From Cyanophyceae cyanobacterium (GTDB taxonomy: Bacteria > Cyanobacteriota > Cyanobacteriia > Cyanobacteriales > Laspinemataceae), in assembly GCA_038321985.1 (NCBI GenBank), contig JBBQFN010000017.1, forward strand, positions 47,681 to 111,680: a stretch of 64,000 nt of DNA, read 5' to 3'. How positions within the stretch are numbered: position 1 is the stretch's first letter; each line of letters opens with the position of its first letter. This document shows, one piece after another, positions 54,746-64,000 of the stretch. A program made the translations under genes and the position numbers. The notes under the pieces are model-generated. The model did not search any database. It saw only the letters and a program-made list of their open reading frames with translations, and was not told where the DNA came from.

Positions 54746-54782
54746 CTCTCACATTTTCCCCAACTCATCCCTGACCCTGGGG

Positions 54783-56498
54783 TTACCAATCATCCTTTCG
54801 GCGGCGATCGGCTTGCCAATCATCCTCGGGTTCATCCTCTAAGTAACGAACCAAGGGTGCTCTTCGCGGATACTCTTGGCGACCGCGAGTTACAGGGATT
54901 TTATCATAATCCTGGTCATAATCCGGTTCATATTCCGGTTCATACTCTAGGGGATCATCGCCATACTTGTCATCTTCATCGGACTCAAATGCTTCTTTCA
55001 ACGGATCAACAACCCGGGCGATCGCATCTTTTACAAACAGTTTAACAAACTCTTCTTTTTTCGTAAGCTGAAATTGTCGCTGCACGACTTCTGTAATTCC
55101 CCCATCCCCCCAATCCTGATCATGACGGAAATATTCAATAAAACTTTTTCCAGCGATTCGGGTTAAATAAGCTGCGGTTACCCCTTGAATCACTTTACCC
55201 ACTACAAATGTGCCTAAATTTAACTGAAGTGCTGCCGTCACTAACTTAATCGCCCCTTCCACAATCCCCAAACTCGCCAGGGTTTTACCCAAAGATAAGG
55301 CTAATTCTCGTCCGCGATCCATATTAATTTCACAGCCATAGATTTTGCCAATTTCTACTACCATTTGGGCATTGACTGCGGCAGTGGCTAAAACATCAAT
55401 TACGGGAACAGGAGTACAAGCAATCACCCCTGCACCAATCCATTGAAAGCGATCGACAACTTTTTCCGCTTGGCGGCGACGTTGGGAATCGATTAAGCGT
55501 CGCGCTTCTTCTCCGAGGCGTTGGGATTGCAATAAAATATTATCTGCCATTAAATCTTCGCCTTCTGCCCGCAGAATAGCTGCCATGCGACGGATTAAGG
55601 GCATGATATCTGGATCGGCTTCAAAAACTCCCCCACTATCCAAGGGGACTGCCTTGGGATTAGCGGCGATCGCCACCACATCCATTGCGGAAATAAATCC
55701 CACAACTCGTTCCCGTAGTTTGGCTAAAATATATTCTCGTTCTTCATCGGGATAAAGGTCAATTTTATTTAAAACTACAATGGAACGTTTACCAATTTGG
55801 GCCAAAACTTCTAAAGGTTGATGTTCCGATCGCGTTAAATCATTATCGACTACAAATAATAATAAATCCGCTTCCGTTGCCAGCCGTCGCGCCCGTTGTT
55901 CTCGTTCGGTTCCTGCCACTCCCGCTTCTAAGATTCCCGGGGTATCCGTAATTAAAATTTCTCGTTCTAATCCTTTCAACTGCAATCGATAGGTTTCTCC
56001 CTCCTCCGTTGTTCCCATGGGTGCATCGACTCGCCCTACCATCCGCCCTAAAAGGGCATTAATTAAGGAGGTTTTACCCGAGGACCCGGTCCCGAAAATC
56101 ACCACCTGAATGTTACCCCGGGAGAGATTTTGCTCTAGTTCCCGCGATCGCTGTAATAATGCCCGCTTGGTGACTTCATCCTGGATGCGATCCACCTGTT
56201 GGCGCACCACCCGCAGGGTTTGTCCCGCCGCATCTGACTTACGTTCCGGGATTTTAACTCGCCGCTTCCCTCGACGCGATCGCGTCGAACCCCCCCCAAA
56301 CAGTTGCAGATAGTAAATAAACGCCCCAATCAGAACCGCTAGCAGGGCGATTACCAGCAACAGCAGCAAGGTAGCAAGCACCGGTGCCGTAAAGCTAATC
56401 TGGATATAAAGCCGGTAAATAGAGCTCACCAGCCACAGTACCATCCCCAAAATTAGGATGATACCGGCGAATAGGGTTAACAGACGGGTTAAACGCAT
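54783..56498 (-). CDS. Era-like GTPase with DUF697/YcjF domain
   Basis: N-terminal TMs, GTGSSGKTS, DTPG, NKID, acidic tail. Confidence 0.85.
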   Translation of the reverse strand: MRLTRLLTLFAGIILILGMVLWLVSSIYRLYIQISFTAPVLATLLLLLVIALLAVLIGAFIYYLQLFGGGSTRSRRGKRRVKIPERKSDAAGQTLRVVRQQVDRIQDEVTKRALLQRSRELEQNLSRGNIQVVIFGTGSSGKTSLINALLGRMVGRVDAPMGTTEEGETYRLQLKGLEREILITDTPGILEAGVAGTEREQRARRLATEADLLLFVVDNDLTRSEHQPLEVLAQIGKRSIVVLNKIDLYPDEEREYILAKLRERVVGFISAMDVVAIAANPKAVPLDSGGVFEADPDIMPLIRRMAAILRAEGEDLMADNILLQSQRLGEEARRLIDSQRRRQAEKVVDRFQWIGAGVIACTPVPVIDVLATAAVNAQMVVEIGKIYGCEINMDRGRELALSLGKTLASLGIVEGAIKLVTAALQLNLGTFVVGKVIQGVTAAYLTRIAGKSFIEYFRHDQDWGDGGITEVVQRQFQLTKKEEFVKLFVKDAIARVVDPLKEAFESDEDDKYGDDPLEYEPEYEPDYDQDYDKIPVTRGRQEYPRRAPLVRYLEDEPEDDWQADRRRKDDW

Positions 56499-56626
56499 GG
56501 ATCTGCTGTATGGGATGTAGTCTATTTTGATCTTAATGCTTGGATCGATGGATGTGGCGGCACAGGGAAATCCGGTAAGGCGATCCCCCCTAGGATATTC
56601 CCGGGGTGGGGAGTTGATGAATCGGA

Positions 56627-59260
56627 TTAATCTCCCTTAAAAGAGGGGGAGTGATTCTCTGGGTAGTCGTGGTTATTGAGAATATTTTCTGCCTCTTGTT
56701 CGTAACAGCGATCAAGGTAAATTTGGGCGACGGTATCTCCGGGGTTGAGGCTGAGACAGTCTTGAAATAGAGCTTGCGCTGCCCTAAAATTATTCAAATA
56801 AAAGAATAAAATAGCTTGTTCAAAGTCTGAGCGAGTTTGTAACTTTCTCTCGCGAATTTCCGGCAAGTCTGCATCGAAAACTTCATACACAATAACTTCT
56901 TGTGATTTACCTTTGACCGTGACCCGATCAATGAGGCGGATGTGATAGTTATTGGGATTTTCTAAGTTTAAAAAGGTTTCTTGGGTGATTAATAAAGAAA
57001 CGCCGTAAGATTTAGTTAAGGTTTCCACCCGAGAGGCTAAATTCACCGCATCACCAATCACCGTACCATCAATGCGGTTTTGACCCCCTACTGTTCCGAG
57101 CATTAATGATCCGGTATTGATGCCAATGCCAATTTTAATTTGGGGGCGTCCGGGTCGGCCTCGGGTGGTGTTATATTCGGCTAATTTATGCAACATGGCA
57201 ATCCCGGCTTTGACAGCATTATCCGGGTCTCCTCCAAATAAAGCCATAATGGCATCACCAATATATTTATCAATAAAGCCATTATTATCAATAATGGCGG
57301 GTTCCAGACGAGAAAGAACTCCATTGATAAATTTAAAGTTTTCTTCCGGAGTCATGCTCTCGGATAAGGTGGTAAAGTTACGAATATCAGAAAATAATAC
57401 GGACATTTCTTGTTCAACGGCATCCCCTACTTTTACCTCCACAAGACTTTCATAGCCTAAGAACGAGAGGAATTGATTGGGGACAAACCGTTCAGCCACT
57501 TCGGTTAAGCGTTCTTCTGCATCTAAAGAGCGTTCTAAATCTTCATTGAGTTCACAGAGTTTTTGGACAAAGGCTTGACGTTCGGATTCAGCTTGTTTGC
57601 GATCGCTAATATTTTGAAAGGCCACAATAGCAAAAGCAATATTACCTTCTTCGTCATAAATTGGCGTTCCCCATGCTTCGATGGGGATGATTTTATCCCC
57701 TTGACGGATTTCTATATCATTCGCCGTAGCATACTCTCCGTTTAAGGCTCGACTCACGGGCAAATTAGCCAAGGGGTAAAGGTTATCGGTGCCGGCCAGA
57801 TAGTTTTGATAGACCGATTGCTTGCCCTTGTCGGTTTCCGATACTATTACCCCTGGACCTAAGATTTCTGTAGCTTTATGATTGGTAAAATAGGAGTGGC
57901 CTCGGGCATCGACGATGGAAATACCAACCGGCACAGCTTCTAAAAATTCCGTGAGTTTCCGATCGCGATCGCGCAGTAATTTGCGGCTGTGATAGTCAGT
58001 GACAACAATGGCTGATCCAACTAAGGCCACCAGGGGAGTGACAACTGGAATCCACCAACTGTACAAGAAAGCTAGAAATCCAGCAGCGATCGTGCTGCAT
58101 CCGCCTAAAAAAACTGTGAGAATCAGTAGAGGCGGCCAGATTCTTTTTTTTTCGCTCACACTACTCGATCGCCACCGCCACGCGATCGCTGCACCAATGC
58201 CCGACCATAGCACAATCCATAACCCCTCGACGGTATTGGACCACACCTGCAAAAAGGGACGTGCTTCCAAAGCACCACTGAGCATCTGAGAGATAGTATT
58301 AGCATGAATAACAATCCCTGGGGTCCGGTCTGAGTTGCTTAACAGATTACCGTCCCGATGAAAGCTGCTAATGTCAGGCGTAAAGAAAAAATCATTGAGG
58401 CTGGGTGCAGTGGCTCCAATCAGAACGATGCGATCGCGCATCAAATCCGGTGGAATCCGGTTTTCCAAGACATCCGTCATGGAAATCTGTCCGAACTGTT
58501 TCAGACCGCCTCTGTAATTAAGTAACATCTGATACCCCCCGGCATTGGCGCGAACATAACCCCCATCGTTGCGACTAAACGGTATAAAAACCGCTTTTCC
58601 CAATCCCAAGTGCATTCGCTTAGGATCAAGCATTTCTAAGCTGATGCCTTGTTTTTCTAAGTAAATTAAGCTCAGGATTGCTGGAAAACTCAACTGGGTT
58701 TCATCGGTTTTATTTTTGTGAGATAATAAAGTTCTGCGGACTTTGCCATCGTCATCTAGGACCAAATCCGCAATCCCCACTTGGTCTAATGCCGCTAAGG
58801 TGGGGGAAGCTGCTACCGTCGCCCCCAGCACTTTCTCTACGCCAATGAGATTTTCTGTGGACTTAAAGACCTCCACCAATTCTTGATGTCCCGGTTCTAC
58901 GGGTAAGTCTCGATATAAATCCAACCCAATGGCAACGGGTTGCTGTGCTTTGATTTTTTGAATTAATTGGGCTAATTGGCGATCGGGCATCGGCCATTGT
59001 CCGACTTGCTGGATGTCGGACTCATCAATAGTGATAATGACAATGCGTTTCTCAGATGCTTCCGGTGGACGCCACCGAAAAAACCGATCATACGTTCCCA
59101 ACTCCCGAAGCTCAAACCATCCGAGGGAGTTGAAGGCGATCGCGATCCCTGCTACCACAGGTGCAGTAATCAATGGAGCACGCCATTGCCATACTTTTCG
59201 TTTGCACCTCGATCTGAGCTTGGAGCACATAGATTTCGCTGAACCCAGAATTGGTTTCAA
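56627..59260 (-). CDS. CHASE2-PAS adenylate cyclase (class III)
   Basis: CHASE2 (QWPMPD, IGLDLYRD), three TMs, PAS, FSDIRNFT, DKYIGDAIM, GDAVNLASRVE. Confidence 0.92.
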   Translation of the reverse strand: MKPILGSAKSMCSKLRSRCKRKVWQWRAPLITAPVVAGIAIAFNSLGWFELRELGTYDRFFRWRPPEASEKRIVIITIDESDIQQVGQWPMPDRQLAQLIQKIKAQQPVAIGLDLYRDLPVEPGHQELVEVFKSTENLIGVEKVLGATVAASPTLAALDQVGIADLVLDDDGKVRRTLLSHKNKTDETQLSFPAILSLIYLEKQGISLEMLDPKRMHLGLGKAVFIPFSRNDGGYVRANAGGYQMLLNYRGGLKQFGQISMTDVLENRIPPDLMRDRIVLIGATAPSLNDFFFTPDISSFHRDGNLLSNSDRTPGIVIHANTISQMLSGALEARPFLQVWSNTVEGLWIVLWSGIGAAIAWRWRSSSVSEKKRIWPPLLILTVFLGGCSTIAAGFLAFLYSWWIPVVTPLVALVGSAIVVTDYHSRKLLRDRDRKLTEFLEAVPVGISIVDARGHSYFTNHKATEILGPGVIVSETDKGKQSVYQNYLAGTDNLYPLANLPVSRALNGEYATANDIEIRQGDKIIPIEAWGTPIYDEEGNIAFAIVAFQNISDRKQAESERQAFVQKLCELNEDLERSLDAEERLTEVAERFVPNQFLSFLGYESLVEVKVGDAVEQEMSVLFSDIRNFTTLSESMTPEENFKFINGVLSRLEPAIIDNNGFIDKYIGDAIMALFGGDPDNAVKAGIAMLHKLAEYNTTRGRPGRPQIKIGIGINTGSLMLGTVGGQNRIDGTVIGDAVNLASRVETLTKSYGVSLLITQETFLNLENPNNYHIRLIDRVTVKGKSQEVIVYEVFDADLPEIRERKLQTRSDFEQAILFFYLNNFRAAQALFQDCLSLNPGDTVAQIYLDRCYEQEAENILNNHDYPENHSPSFKGD

Positions 59261-59567
59261 TTGCCCACAGAAAATTGGTTAGGATAGTTAGGTATCATTC
59301 CCCCGCTTCTCCCCCAGTTTACATTCTAAGGATAACCCACGTTTTTCAGTGTCCCGTTTTATCTTTTGGATGGCTTTCCCCCTCCCCCAGATTGCTGTCT
59401 TCCGTACCACAAAATCGGGTTGGGAATTAATCCCGAGGGACCTGAAGTTCTCAGGTGCGATTTGAACCCGCGCACATGATTAAAAAACCCGGCTTTGGGA
59501 AAACCGGGTTTTTGCGGAACTGGGTGTAACTCTAACGTTGTTGAGGGACCGTTGCCAGTCCAGGGTC

Positions 59568-60320
59568 TTAGGGTTCCAGAATCGGCTCGTTGGCGATGGT
59601 TTCGAGTCCTACAGAGCTTAAAAAGTCTACCCACTCTTGATTATAGGTTTGGGGCTGCGATCGCCGCAGTTCAGCTAAAGTGTTCACGACATCGTACCAA
59701 ATCCCCTCAGATCCGTAGGAAGTGGCGGCTTCAATCGAATTCACTCCCCGATACCCATTCAGCTTTGCCGTGGGTTCAACGCGCTGTAACCACCCTTCAA
59801 CTCGGGGACTATCTACTCGCGCGGGGAGTTCGCAGGCGACGACGAAGGACCACTGATAGGGGGTGCCAATTTCTAGGGCCGGTGCATCTTCCGGAAGGGT
59901 GAGACGGACAATTCCTCCTTCCTGGGGAATGTTCACCTGGGTTTGGTAATAATAATCTTCCGTTTGGTCTTTGACGATAAAATAGCCTTGCTCTGCCTTG
60001 GTTTCTGGAACGTACACGAATAAGTTGGGGCGCTCAGATACCGTTAACCCTTCTTTGGTATCGGGTAAAAGTGGCATTAATGAAGGGCCTGTCACCATCC
60101 CATCTTGGGGGCAGAATCCCCCCTGCCGAGAAGCTCCTCCAGCTGAATTGCCTAGGCGTTCCCCAGTTGGTGGTTCAAAGGTCACTCTTGCCATAGTTTG
60201 AGGAAGTGGCAATGAGGATGAAACCTGTGCTTGACTAGGTAATGCGGCAACGAGGGCTACGTTGAGAGATAGGGCGATAGAACAGAGCGCCCAGGAACCC
60301 TGGTAATTTTTACGGGCCAT
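59568..60320 (-). CDS. DUF928 family exported protein
   Basis: GGASR..C, GLTVSERPNLFVYVP, YQWSF, GIWYD; start placed at MARKN. Confidence 0.85.
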   Translation of the reverse strand: MARKNYQGSWALCSIALSLNVALVAALPSQAQVSSSLPLPQTMARVTFEPPTGERLGNSAGGASRQGGFCPQDGMVTGPSLMPLLPDTKEGLTVSERPNLFVYVPETKAEQGYFIVKDQTEDYYYQTQVNIPQEGGIVRLTLPEDAPALEIGTPYQWSFVVACELPARVDSPRVEGWLQRVEPTAKLNGYRGVNSIEAATSYGSEGIWYDVVNTLAELRRSQPQTYNQEWVDFLSSVGLETIANEPILEP

Positions 60321-61013
60321 GATTTTGCTACCTTTTAATATTCGATGGGATGACTCAGGGTAAATGCCCCTGGGGTTTTCCAATTTTAGAGAGAGGGTGG
60401 CGAGATCGCCGCGAACCGCTGTCTAAAATAATTTGGCTCAATCTGTCCTGCATTTTCTCATCGATTGAGAAAATTGGCTGAGTTTTTGACTCCCTTGGCT
60501 TTTTCCTGCAACTTATTGTAAATAACTTGCAAGAGAAAGCCCAAATGAATCCAAATCGATTACGTTCCTAAATCTTGCACCCGCTGGCTTTTTATACTTT
60601 TACTATAACAAGGTAATTTTCCTCTGTCTATAGGCGATCGCATCCGGGAGCAAATTTTTGATTAGAACCCTTGTAAAAATGATGGCGCTAAATTCGGTGA
60701 AAGTACGATTAAATGTCTTGAATCCCAAAGCCTGCAAAGGATAGATAGTTTCTGTCACCCCGGCATTCGTGTTCCTTTTCCCCGGTGCTAGTTCATCAAA
60801 ATTTTACCCGAGGCGTTTAATTCTGTGAACTAAAGAATTAAATTAATCCGCTTTTTTTGGGGTACTCTGTCTATCCCAGGGAAGGGATTGCACCCTGGGC
60901 AAGGGGTCGAGTTTCCCTCTTTTCGAGCCCTGATACATTTGGGTTAGCATCCCTTTCTGTGTCGAGGCAGAAACTCCCGGAATTGTCTGAACAGAAGGCG
61001 ATCGCCTCCTTTT

Positions 61014-63662
61014 TTACAACCAATTTCCTACCAGTACAAAAGGTGCCCAATAAAACGGATGTGCGTATTTTGGGTCTTGTAATAAAGCTAACTGACTTTG
61101 ACGCAGGGCCTGGGCTTTACTCATGGGCAGTTGACCGGATTGGGTACTCCCTTCTTCCCTTGCCACCCCGACCAAATTGCGGTAAAATTCCGTTACCAAT
61201 ATCGCCGTGGATTCGTCATTAACTGCCCATAGAGTTGCTAAGGTAGAGCGAGCACCGGAGCGCACTGCTACCCCGGCTAATCCTAAACCGGCCTGTTTGT
61301 CTCCGGCAGCAGTTTGGCAGGCACTGAGTACCAGTAATTCAATCGGATTTGCTAAACCCGCTTCCCGAGTTCGGAGCAATTCTTCAAACTCAGTAACTTG
61401 AATTTTATCATCCCAAGTTAGAATAAAAGTTTGCTCGGAATTCGAGCTAAATTGACCGTGAGTTGCTAAATGAATCACCGGGAAATCTAGAGCAGCAATG
61501 GCTGAGGCTAGGTTTAATTCCGTAAATTCGCGATCGAGTAATACCTTTGTACTCGGCACCCAATCCCCAATTTGCTCCAATTCAACTTGTACCCCGGGTA
61601 AGGCACTAAATCCCTGCCGTGCATCTGTAATTCCAGCACTGAGGACTTGAATTTTTTCCCCGGTTAGGGCTTGGGGTGCCAGGAGTTGTAAGCCTGGAGT
61701 CAGGGCAACATTATAGCGTTCAATGAGATAGCGATCGCCATCATGTAACGCCGACATGGGCAGATTTCGCAAGAACCCATCTAACACAAACACTAAGGTT
61801 TCCACGCCCTGCGCAGCTAACGGGGCTTCAGCGGGTCGAATTAACCAATCATACAGTTCTTGGGACAATTGTAAGCGTTGCCGATTAGAAAAGGCTGGGT
61901 TTAAAAATTGCTGAAATTGCTCTAGACTATTTTCAATTTCGGCGGCGGCAAGTGGGGTTTCGTATTGGATTAGAGGTTGTCCTGAAATTGAAAGAATCAC
62001 CGCCAAGCGATCGGGCAAAATCATCGGATAAAAGACGGCTGCTTTCGGGTCTACTTCATCAATTTGCTCGGGTTGAACATCCAAACAGGCATCTTTAAAA
62101 TAGTTATCGAGTTCCGCAAGTTGCAGGGATTCAATGGTGGCCCGCGCTTGTTTGAGATAGTTTTGAGCTGGATTCGGTTCGACTTGTTTGGCGCGATCAA
62201 GCAGTAAACTAACCAGTTGCCGATACAGGGGTTCGACGCGATCGCGGAAGGAAAACTGCACTTGGCGATCGATAGCCACTAAATCCCTTCGGAGGGATTG
62301 CAAACTATTCACCGCTTCACTATAAGCGGCGATCGCACCGGCGGTATCTCCAGTTTGAACCCGCAATCTTCCCAATTGCCACTGCCACTGATAGGCAATA
62401 TCAGAAGATTGAAGAGTTTGGGCAATATTTAAGGCCAATTCGCTATACTGTCGCGCTGTATTGACTTCGCCCATTTCTTCATAAATTCTGCCTAAATTTC
62501 CCAAGGCATAAGACTCCGCCCGTTGGTCGGAAATTGCCCGGGCTGCCCCTACCGCATTTTCTAATAAAGGAATTGCTCCCGCCGTTTCAAATGTGCCTGG
62601 AACCGGATTTTCTTCTTCCTGTCCCAGACAGTTATAATTTTTCAGTTCCAGACAAATTAGATTTTTGACTAAATTAACTTGGGCATAAATTCCAGGCCGA
62701 GAAGCCGGTAACACAGAGAGAGGTTCAGAAATTTCTGGGAGGAGTTGCTCGGCTTTTTCCCAATTCCCCGTTTCAATGAACAAGCTAAGTTGATTTAATT
62801 GGGATTGCAGTTTTAATTGAGGAAAATTTCCGGCAATTTCAGCAGCATTTTGATAAAATTGTAGCGCTTCATCGTTATTTTTTAAGGCGCGTAAACTATT
62901 CCCTAAACTTAATAAAATAGCCCCTGTCTGTTGCGGGGACTGCCCACGGTTGTCTAAGGCTAAGGCTTGGCGCAACAGTCGTTCCGACTCCTGGAATGCT
63001 CCACTCGCTCGCCGGATCTCTCCCAGGTTTAATAATCCCACGGCTTGGATGGAAGGATCCGATTGAGTTTGTAACCGTTGTTCCACCTGTTCTAAGCGAG
63101 TGGTTGCACGGCGATACAATCCTAATGCTTGCATCGCCCGGGCTTGATTAATTTGACTGAGGATTTCCCCCGTAGAATCTTGGGCTAGGCGATAGGCATC
63201 CGTAGCTTCTTGCCAGATTGTTAATGCAGATTCTGCATTTCCCCGGAAGAATTGGAGGCGACCTTCTGCGTTCAGAATTTGGGCGCGGACAATTTCGCGA
63301 TCGCCGCGATCTCCTTTAGAAACTCCCGCGATTGCCGCTTGTGCTGTGGCGATCGCCTCCGATGCTTTTGAATACTCTCCTAAACTTTGATAGGCTAAGG
63401 ATAAAAAACTCAAAGCCTGGGCTTGGCCCAATAAATTCCCTTGTTCTAAAGATGCGATCGCCCCCTGTTCCCAAAACTGCACCGCCTCGGAAAACTGTCC
63501 TGCTTCATAGCGACTTTTTCCTTGAGTTAATAATTCGGTAATAGGTTGATCATTTAAACTCAAAGAGGATGACTCATCCGGCATCAACCCCCACGCCGCA
63601 CGAACGCTGAGGCTTAAACTAAAACCTAACAAGGCAATAACAATAAATCGAAATCCGCGCAT
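61014..63662 (-). CDS. TPR-CHAT (caspase-like) domain protein
   Basis: TPR repeats, HLATHG, LSACQT, TLWAV, HPFYWAPF. Confidence 0.92.
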   Translation of the reverse strand: MRGFRFIVIALLGFSLSLSVRAAWGLMPDESSSLSLNDQPITELLTQGKSRYEAGQFSEAVQFWEQGAIASLEQGNLLGQAQALSFLSLAYQSLGEYSKASEAIATAQAAIAGVSKGDRGDREIVRAQILNAEGRLQFFRGNAESALTIWQEATDAYRLAQDSTGEILSQINQARAMQALGLYRRATTRLEQVEQRLQTQSDPSIQAVGLLNLGEIRRASGAFQESERLLRQALALDNRGQSPQQTGAILLSLGNSLRALKNNDEALQFYQNAAEIAGNFPQLKLQSQLNQLSLFIETGNWEKAEQLLPEISEPLSVLPASRPGIYAQVNLVKNLICLELKNYNCLGQEEENPVPGTFETAGAIPLLENAVGAARAISDQRAESYALGNLGRIYEEMGEVNTARQYSELALNIAQTLQSSDIAYQWQWQLGRLRVQTGDTAGAIAAYSEAVNSLQSLRRDLVAIDRQVQFSFRDRVEPLYRQLVSLLLDRAKQVEPNPAQNYLKQARATIESLQLAELDNYFKDACLDVQPEQIDEVDPKAAVFYPMILPDRLAVILSISGQPLIQYETPLAAAEIENSLEQFQQFLNPAFSNRQRLQLSQELYDWLIRPAEAPLAAQGVETLVFVLDGFLRNLPMSALHDGDRYLIERYNVALTPGLQLLAPQALTGEKIQVLSAGITDARQGFSALPGVQVELEQIGDWVPSTKVLLDREFTELNLASAIAALDFPVIHLATHGQFSSNSEQTFILTWDDKIQVTEFEELLRTREAGLANPIELLVLSACQTAAGDKQAGLGLAGVAVRSGARSTLATLWAVNDESTAILVTEFYRNLVGVAREEGSTQSGQLPMSKAQALRQSQLALLQDPKYAHPFYWAPFVLVGNWL

Positions 63663-63725
63663 CTTTTGATGTCCTTTAGAGATGAATCTTGGTTTTTTCT
63701 TAACCTTGGGGGAAATCTCATCCCC

Positions 63726-64000
63726 TCACTCTCTACAATCCACCCCTGGTTTGACCCAAGAACTATGGGGATTGACCTGGGGGGCTTCCGCCAGTAGAAC
63801 TACAGTCCCTTCTGGGGTGAGATTCCAGCCTTGAGCTTCTACCAGAGAAGTCGCTCGCACCATTTTCTGGGTATTCCTTTCCCCGACTGGATTCACTCCA
63901 CCTGAGAGGGATGTTCCGGCACTTTGGATAAGGCGTAAATCATCTAAAATGACAGGGGAATTGAGAGTGTCTGTGGGAGAGTTAGGCAAACCCCCTCGTC
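63726..64000 (-). CDS. C-terminus of a filamentous haemagglutinin-like (TpsA) protein (partial)
   Basis: RGGLPNSP...LVEAQGW..PEGTVVL tail typical of cyanobacterial FHA-family proteins. Confidence 0.75.
   Translation of the reverse strand, partial: RGGLPNSPTDTLNSPVILDDLRLIQSAGTSLSGGVNPVGERNTQKMVRATSLVEAQGWNLTPEGTVVLLAEAPQVNPHSSWVKPGVDCRE

Noticed and set aside
54904..54951. 12-bp degenerate repeats
   Set aside because: Simply encode the low-complexity acidic tail of the GTPase

Overview
This is a filamentous cyanobacterial chromosome segment (Oscillatoriales-like: dense HIP1 GCGATCGC, psaF-psaJ, Uma2, CHAT/CHASE2 genes). Most of it is housekeeping (clpB, gloA, eno, argC, tsaD, psaFJ, gmk, remA, rqcH, rpmI-rplT, menG, rpmG-rpsR, RNase II, dxr) or signalling. 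The unusual content lies at 27.0-39.6 kb. (1) ssb, which the ORF track misses, is split by a 1479-nt group II intron (27243-28721). Its boundaries, domain V and EBS1/EBS2 are intact, but its encoded protein has lost the RT core in frame and keeps only the N-terminal (RT0) and maturase X parts. (2) A tightly coupled defence operon follows: 126-aa ORF, hsdR, hsdM, antitoxin-vapC, hsdS fused to a YwgA/DUF4065-like domain, and a Schlafen/AlbA_2 protein. A relic of an older hsdM precedes it. (3) An orphan Tn7-like/type V-K CAST-like transposon end sits 8 bp from the 3' end of tRNA-Gly(TCC). All family assignments are by-eye motif recognition; no searches were run.
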